Origin: Minisyncoccota bacterium
Lineage (GTDB): Bacteria > Patescibacteriota > Minisyncoccia > Phycocordibacterales > Zambryskibacteraceae
Direction: 5' to 3'
NCBI GenBank assembly: GCA_036517475.1
Contig: DATDVZ010000007.1
Location: forward strand, 1,706 to 65,705
DNA: 64,000 bases
How positions within the stretch are numbered: the first letter of the stretch is position 1; every line of letters starts with the position of its first letter. The translations under genes were made by a program, and so were the position numbers. The notes under the pieces are model-generated. The model saw only the letters and a list, made by a program, of their open reading frames with translations. It made no database searches and was not told where the DNA came from. Positions 58,444-64,000 of this stretch are shown here, in pieces.

Positions 58444-59967
58444 ATGTCAGGCCCAGAGGAAATTATAAGTTTAATGACAGAGCAAAGAGAAGACAAAGTT
58501 CTGATTGAAAAAGCGTACAAGTTTTCAGAACTTGCTCACAGTGATCAGAAACGTCTTTCAGGAGATGACTATTTTATTCATTTGGTTGAAACCGCAAAAA
58601 TTCTTGCAGAATTTGGTATGGGAGCAGTGGTTGTCGCCGCCGGACTCTTGCATGATTCACTTGAGGATGGAAAAGTGACTGCAAACGAACTGAAAAAAGA
58701 ATTCGGCGCTGAAATTCTATTTTTAGTGGAGGGAGTTACAAAGCTTGGAAAATTAAGATACAGGGGGGCAGACAGGCATAATGAAAGTCTGCGTAAACTT
58801 TTTGTGGCAATGTCACAGGATATAAGGGTGCTGATGATTAAATTTGCTGACAGACTTCATAATATGAGAACTCTTTCTCATGTGGATAAGGACAAGCAAA
58901 AACGAATCGCCGGAGAAACCCTTGAGATTTTTGCTCCCATTGCCTACCGGCTGGGTATCCGCAAACTCTCTCGTGAACTTGAGGATCTTTCTTTCCCCTA
59001 CGTTTACCCTAAAGAGTATGAGAGGGTAAAAGCAGTCACGAAGGAAAAACATGAGAAAAATGTTAAAAACCTTGAGGATTTCCTGAAGTCCATAAAAAAA
59101 GCTCTGGCAAAAGAGGGTCTAATCAATGTTAGAACTGAATACAGAGTCAAGGGTTTGTATAGTTTGTATAAAAAACTTCAGAATAAGGAGCATAATGAAG
59201 AAAATATTTATGACATTATGGCGCTGCGTATTATAGTGCCGGAATTAACAGACTGTTATAGGGCTCTGGGTATTATTCACGGCAACTGGCAGCCGCTTCC
59301 AGGCAGAATCAAGGACTACATAGCCCTGCCAAAACCAAACGGTTATCAGTCAATACATACGACAGTTTTTACAGGTAATGGCTCACTTGTTGAAATTCAA
59401 ATCAGAACTGCCGACATGCACGAACATGCCGAATATGGCATTGCCTCGCACATTTCCTACAAAGAAGGCAAGAGGGGTGGCAGTCCGGAAAATCTCAATT
59501 GGATAAGTACACTTTTACCAAAACACAACTTCAAGGAGGTTATTGATCAGGAGTCAGTTCCAGCTCTTATTTCAAAGTTTCAGGATATTCCTCATTGGAT
59601 AAAAGATTTGGTGAAATATAGGCAAAGTACGGATAATCATGAAATATTCAACGAGGATTTAAAAAATGATTTTTTTCAACATAGAATTTTCGTTTTTACT
59701 CCGCTAGGAGATGTTGTTGATCTACCAAAAGACTCAACCCCCATCGATTTTGCCTATTCAATTCACTCGGATATCGGCGATCATATGTGGGGAGCAAAAA
59801 TTAACGGTAAACTTGTATCCCTTGACACCAAACTTCAAAGCGGCGATATTGTTGAAATTATTACAAAATCTTCTGCCAAGCCCACAAGTAAATGGCTTAA
59901 TAGTATTAAAACCACCCTTGCCCGCAGACAAATCCGCGGCGCCATCCTCAAGGAAAAACTCAAATAA
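58444..59967 (+). CDS. rel: RelA/SpoT (p)ppGpp synthetase/hydrolase (HD-SYN-TGS, no ACT)
   Basis: LHDSLED, ADRLHNMRTL, KPNGYQSIHT, EIQIRT, FTPLGD..DFAYSIHS. Confidence 0.93.
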   Translation: MSGPEEIISLMTEQREDKVLIEKAYKFSELAHSDQKRLSGDDYFIHLVETAKILAEFGMGAVVVAAGLLHDSLEDGKVTANELKKEFGAEILFLVEGVTKLGKLRYRGADRHNESLRKLFVAMSQDIRVLMIKFADRLHNMRTLSHVDKDKQKRIAGETLEIFAPIAYRLGIRKLSRELEDLSFPYVYPKEYERVKAVTKEKHEKNVKNLEDFLKSIKKALAKEGLINVRTEYRVKGLYSLYKKLQNKEHNEENIYDIMALRIIVPELTDCYRALGIIHGNWQPLPGRIKDYIALPKPNGYQSIHTTVFTGNGSLVEIQIRTADMHEHAEYGIASHISYKEGKRGGSPENLNWISTLLPKHNFKEVIDQESVPALISKFQDIPHWIKDLVKYRQSTDNHEIFNEDLKNDFFQHRIFVFTPLGDVVDLPKDSTPIDFAYSIHSDIGDHMWGAKINGKLVSLDTKLQSGDIVEIITKSSAKPTSKWLNSIKTTLARRQIRGAILKEKLK

Positions 59968-60069
59968 TTTTTCTGGCTAAAAATTTAAATACAGAGGTAT
60001 AAGCAATTATTTTATACTATGATATATCATAGTAAAATAAAAAATTAAGACCTTAACTAAATAATAAAC

Positions 60070-61104
60070 TTAAACAGTAAAGTTTTTTATTGAATAAATA
60101 TCTTCTTCATCTTTCTTTTTCTCATCAATGGATCTATCATCTTCGAGCGTTAAATTCACTTCAGAATTTTGGGTCTTGTCCGAATCTGGGGTTGCTTGCC
60201 CTGTTAAATAATCCTGCTTTTGCAGGATTCCAGCTTCGCTGGATTTAACAGGGTTAATTGGTTGTAAGTTGTTAGTTGTAGGTTGCTGCAATATCTGAAT
60301 TAAACTTTTCAAATCCTCATTTGAAAAGAAATCAATCAAAATTTTTCCTCCCACTTCCTTTCTTTCAATCTGCACCCTTGTGCCGAGTGCCTCCTTTAGC
60401 TGCTCCTCCAAATCAATAGTTTCTGGGTCAATAGCATGTTCTTTTTTGCGGACTTTGTCATAGGCAATCCGGCGGGCAATTCCTTCCGCCTCGCGAACAG
60501 TAAGTCTTTTAAGAATTATTTCCTTAAACAAAACTCCCCTCTCATCCGGCCTGTCATTTAACATCATAAGCGGACGGGCATGACCTTCGGTGATCTTACC
60601 TCCCGAAAGTGCGTCCTGCATGTCTGAAGGAAGCGTCAGTAGTCGAAGACTGTTTGAAACATACTCGCGGCTTTTGCCGATTTTTTGGGCAATTAACTGA
60701 TGAGTAAAACCAAATTCATTTGCAAGCCTGTCAAAAGCCCTTGCTCGATCAATAGGATTTAGGTCTTCTCTTTGCAAGTTCTCAATAATTGAGAGCTCAA
60801 GCTTCATTAGGTCAGTGTCATCTCCGGTTTTTATGAGACACGGCACCTGGGAAAGGCCTGCCATTTTGGAGGCGCGCAGTCTTCTTTCTCCGGCAATAAG
60901 CTCGTACTTAACACCCATTCCGCCTTCTGGCTTTTCAAATTCTTTACGAGTTACAACTAATGCCTGAAGGACTCCGTACTGGCGGATTGAATCAGAGAGG
61001 CTCTGCATTTCAGCTTCGCCGAATTCACGGCGTGGTTGAAATGGGTTTGGCTCAATCTTATCAACATCGATCCAGAAAACCGAATCATTTAAAAATTGGG
61101 ACAT
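60070..61104 (-). CDS. parB: ParB/Spo0J partition protein
   Basis: PNPFQPR, IAGERRLRA, IENLQREDL, GHARPL. Confidence 0.95.
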   Translation of the reverse strand: MSQFLNDSVFWIDVDKIEPNPFQPRREFGEAEMQSLSDSIRQYGVLQALVVTRKEFEKPEGGMGVKYELIAGERRLRASKMAGLSQVPCLIKTGDDTDLMKLELSIIENLQREDLNPIDRARAFDRLANEFGFTHQLIAQKIGKSREYVSNSLRLLTLPSDMQDALSGGKITEGHARPLMMLNDRPDERGVLFKEIILKRLTVREAEGIARRIAYDKVRKKEHAIDPETIDLEEQLKEALGTRVQIERKEVGGKILIDFFSNEDLKSLIQILQQPTTNNLQPINPVKSSEAGILQKQDYLTGQATPDSDKTQNSEVNLTLEDDRSIDEKKKDEEDIYSIKNFTV

Positions 61105-61409
61105 GATGATTTTTCTTATGAACGAAGTGAATTATAAATAATCATCACCCCGTTGCAATTTTGCCGTAAAATTTCTTTATGCAGTGCGTGTGCCGAATAG
61201 GCATATACTTCTGTGGGCGTAGTGCTGTATGAATTATAAACAAACTGATTATACAAATGTATCATCCTCATTTAAATATTTGCAAAATTGCTATGGGGTT
61301 AAGTGCTAATCTCACTCTGTTATTATAATTTTAACACAACCGACAACAAACAACTTAAATATTGTTTCAAAATCAAAATTGTTGTAAGTTGTTAGTTGTT
61401 AGTTGATTT

Positions 61410-61492
61410 GCCGGGGTGGCGGAATGGCAGACGCGATGGACTCAAAATCCATTGTCCGCAAGGATGTGAGAGTTCGAGTCTCTCTCCCGGCA
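61410..61492 (+). tRNA. tRNA-Leu(CAA)
   Basis: Anticodon arm ATGGA-CTCAAAA-TCCAT, long variable arm, GTTCGAGTC. Confidence 0.95.
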
Positions 61493-61494
61493 TA

Positions 61495-62460
61495 ATGAAA
61501 CCCAAAATTCTCGTTATTGTAGGACCCACAGCCTCCGGGAAAAGCAATTTGGCTGTAAAATTGGCCCTTCGACTTCGCTCAGGGCAAGCTCAAAAAATTG
61601 GAATTAAGGGTGGAGAAATAATTTCTGCTGATTCAAGGCAGGTTTATAAAGGACTAAATCTTGGAACAGGAAAAATTACAAAAAAAGAAATGCGAGGTGT
61701 CCCTCACCATTTACTTGATATTATAGACCCGAGGAAATCATTTTCAGTCTTTGATTTTGTAAAAAAAGCCAATCACGCAATTACTATGATATATCATAGT
61801 AAAAAATTGCCCATAATCGTTGGCGGAACTGGATTTTATATTGATGCTTTAGTTTATGATCAGAAATTTCCCAATGTAAAAGCCAACTTAAAACTGCGAA
61901 AAAAACTTCAAAAAATGAGTGCTAGCGAGCTTTATAAAATTTTAAAAAAGAAAGACTTAGCAAGAGCAAAAAGTGTTGATAGAAATAATAAAGTGAGGCT
62001 TATAAGAGCATTGGAAATTGTGGAAAAACTCGGAAAAGTCCCCAAATTAACTAACAACTTACAACCAACAACTTACAACGCATTATTAATTGGGTTAAAA
62101 TCTAATAATGAAATTCTGCGAAAAAATATTCACAAGAGACTGATTCAAAGAATAAAAAAAGGAATGATAAAAGAGGTCAAAAAATTGCACTCTGGAGGTC
62201 TTTCATGGAAACGTATGGAAGAATTAGGGCTTGAGTACCGTTATATAACAAGATTTTTGCAAAATAAAATAACTAAAATAGAGATGTCAAATCAGCTTGA
62301 ATCGTCCATCTGGCAATACTCACGCCGGCAGATTACTTGGTTTAAAAGAAATAAGCAAATACTCTGGTTTAATCCGGAAGAGAAAAATTCAAGTAAGAAA
62401 ATCGAAGATGTTGTAAAAAAATTAGTCCTTGACAAAAATAAAAAAGACGATATACTATAA
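61495..62460 (+). CDS. miaA: tRNA dimethylallyltransferase
   Basis: GPTASGKS, ISADSRQVY, VGGTGFY, YSRRQITWF; start ATG 61495 after the tRNA. Confidence 0.96.
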   Translation: MKPKILVIVGPTASGKSNLAVKLALRLRSGQAQKIGIKGGEIISADSRQVYKGLNLGTGKITKKEMRGVPHHLLDIIDPRKSFSVFDFVKKANHAITMIYHSKKLPIIVGGTGFYIDALVYDQKFPNVKANLKLRKKLQKMSASELYKILKKKDLARAKSVDRNNKVRLIRALEIVEKLGKVPKLTNNLQPTTYNALLIGLKSNNEILRKNIHKRLIQRIKKGMIKEVKKLHSGGLSWKRMEELGLEYRYITRFLQNKITKIEMSNQLESSIWQYSRRQITWFKRNKQILWFNPEEKNSSKKIEDVVKKLVLDKNKKDDIL

Positions 62461-62482
62461 ACAGACTGAGCCAAAGGAACCC

Positions 62483-62695
62483 ATGAAATACGGACTAACT
62501 TTGTTTACTATGGGTCTTCTGATGTTATTTTGTGTAAGTTGGATCGTCTCCCGAAACTGGGGAATGGTAGAAATTTTCGCCTTAGTCCCGGCAGTGGCTG
62601 GCCTCATACTTACACTTGCCGGATTTTGCTGGGTAACGGTTAACTCTTTTTTCTGGGTCATCAAAGCTTTTCGAAGATCTGTCGCCAAAAGGTGA
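62483..62695 (+). CDS. Small membrane protein
   Basis: Two TM; SD AAGGA. Confidence 0.55.
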   Translation: MKYGLTLFTMGLLMLFCVSWIVSRNWGMVEIFALVPAVAGLILTLAGFCWVTVNSFFWVIKAFRRSVAKR

Positions 62696-62746
62696 CAGAT
62701 CTTTTTGTTTGAAACAAAGAAGTAATTTGATACGATACAACACATT

Positions 62747-62778
62747 GGGAGCTTAGTTAAGTGGTATAACTGCGGTCT
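62747..62778 (+). pseudogene. 5' half fragment of tRNA-Trp
   Basis: TTAGTTAAGTGGTATAACTGCGGTCT identical to the downstream tRNA-Trp; different acceptor strand GGGAGCT. Confidence 0.8.
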
Positions 62779-62802
62779 AGTTAAAAAAATAAAGAAAAGT
62801 TT

Positions 62803-62873
62803 GGGTGGTTAGTTAAGTGGTATAACTGCGGTCTCCAAAACCGCTATCGAGGGTTCGATTCCTTCACCACCCG
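62803..62873 (+). tRNA. tRNA-Trp(CCA)
   Basis: Acceptor GGGTGGT/ACCACCC, anticodon arm GCGGT-CTCCAAA-ACCGC. Confidence 0.95.
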
Positions 62874-62875
62874 TA

Positions 62876-63328
62876 ATGAAAATTAGACAGATGGAAAAGA
62901 CGGACATAAGAAGGGTTGTCAGTCTGTATCTAGATGCAAACACCTTTGCGACAAAAGAAAATATCAGCAAATGGACATTAGAAGGATTACTGAAATACCC
63001 TCTTCTTAATTTAGTCGCAGAAAAAAACTCTAATATCGTAGGAGCTGTATCTGGTATATTAAGAAAAAATATTGGAGTAATTAATGATATTGCAGTAAAA
63101 AACAACTACAGAAACCAAAAAATAGGAAATTTATTATTTCAAAAAATCCTAAACAAATTCAAAAAACTTAAAGTCCAGAAAATAACTCTGTGGGTACATT
63201 TCAGTAACATCAGGGCAATACCCTTTTACTATAGATTCGGCTTTAAAATAAAGAGAATTTCTACTACAAAAAATATTAAATTTGTGCCAAATGGAGAGCA
63301 GATTTTCCACCTAGAAAAGAGACTTTAA
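62876..63328 (+). CDS. GNAT N-acetyltransferase
   Basis: IAVKNNYRNQKIG, NIRAIPFYYRFGF. Confidence 0.9.
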   Translation: MKIRQMEKTDIRRVVSLYLDANTFATKENISKWTLEGLLKYPLLNLVAEKNSNIVGAVSGILRKNIGVINDIAVKNNYRNQKIGNLLFQKILNKFKKLKVQKITLWVHFSNIRAIPFYYRFGFKIKRISTTKNIKFVPNGEQIFHLEKRL

Positions 63329-63337
63329 AAAAAATTA

Positions 63338-63493
63338 TTATTTTTTGACTTCCTTAAAAACAACTCTTTTTCGAAGCTTTTTGGAGAATTTTTTAAGCTC
63401 AATTTTGCGCTCTACTTTGCGCTTATTTTTACGAGTGAAATAAACCTCGCCTGTTTCCTTATTTTTTAAAATAATTAGATTATCCTGCGACAT
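63338..63493 (-). CDS. rpmG: 50S ribosomal protein L33 (Cys-free type)
   Basis: YFTRKNKR...IELKKFS..LRKRVVFKE.K. Confidence 0.92.
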   Translation of the reverse strand: MSQDNLIILKNKETGEVYFTRKNKRKVERKIELKKFSKKLRKRVVFKEVKK

Positions 63494-63585
63494 AAATTTG
63501 AAACAATAATAATACAGAAATTGCTCAATTAAGCAAATCACTTTTATCTAATCTATTCTAATGTTCTTAAGAACATTAGAATAGA

Positions 63586-63840
63586 TTAATCCGATGCGGA
63601 AAAAATTTCTGAACCCTCCTTGGCCTGCTGAGAGAGTTTAATTGCTACCTCCTGGCCCTTTTTACCACTCTCAATTGCACTGTGCTCTAATTGCATTGAT
63701 TCCACACTATCTTCAAACTCCTTATCCCCATGCTTTACTTTGACTTTATCTCCAACTTTAAGAGCTCCAGTTAGTTTAACTACTGCCACCCCGATTTTAT
63801 CGTACCAATGTACAACTTTTCCTAAAGATTTTTCCGCCAT
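63586..63840 (-). CDS. Small translation-factor-like beta-barrel protein
   Basis: GKVVHWYDKIGVAV..L..GD, VESMQ, GQEVAIK. Confidence 0.75.
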   Translation of the reverse strand: MAEKSLGKVVHWYDKIGVAVVKLTGALKVGDKVKVKHGDKEFEDSVESMQLEHSAIESGKKGQEVAIKLSQQAKEGSEIFSASD

Positions 63841-64000
63841 GTTTACTTGCCCACCTAAGTCCCGCTTAGCGGGATTTTGGTGGGTAAAAAATTACCCTGC
63901 GACCTTCATTTAAGATTATTACAATAAAAACAAATTTCAAGTATTCTCAATCCTCCAATGTCTTTTCTCATTATCCCAGACAAATTTCACTGGAACAGCC

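Noticed and set aside
61396-61494. N-terminal extension of miaA in the ORF track
   Set aside because: Runs through tRNA-Leu; the MiaA motif begins at ATG 61495.
1-64000. Alternative genetic code (UGA=Gly, as in Gracilibacteria/SR1)
   Set aside because: TGA ends full-length conserved genes (e.g. nadE, pncA-operon PP2C) and code 11 gives intact ORFs.

Overview
This 64-kb bacterial chromosome segment is AT-rich, uses genetic code 11, and is probably from a Patescibacteria/CPR (Parcubacteria-like) organism; the taxonomy is inferred from compact core proteins, a pilin cluster and short repeat types. The right half carries housekeeping genes (dnaX, ftsQ-like, serS, dprA, topA, hisS, rel, parB, miaA, rpmG, pilins, tRNA-Gln/Leu/Trp). 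The left half is accessory. Best candidate for an undescribed system (1-13.4 kb): a nicotinamidase gene heads a vWA/PP2C/Ser-Thr kinase (TerY-P-type) operon that lies beside the rest of a Preiss-Handler NAD+ salvage route (pncB, nadE, nadD). The same stretch holds an ADP-ribose-type Nudix, a RyR-repeat protein and a NadM-like/SAM-methyltransferase fusion. A shared NrtR-like operator (AGTGT-N7-ACACT) lies at both the kinase-operon promoter and nadE. Other highlights: (i) an operon of Nudix, PRTase, ABC importer and a GTP cyclohydrolase II homologue lacking Tyr105 and Arg128; (ii) a ~160-bp structured mobile repeat, one copy interrupting an ATL gene; (iii) several short hairpin and heptamer repeats inserted in frame into proteins; (iv) a promoter- and terminator-bounded ~215-nt candidate ncRNA; (v) a hairpin + boxA-like + SD leader on accessory genes, versus apparently leaderless core genes. 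All calls come from reading motifs by eye; no database searches were run.
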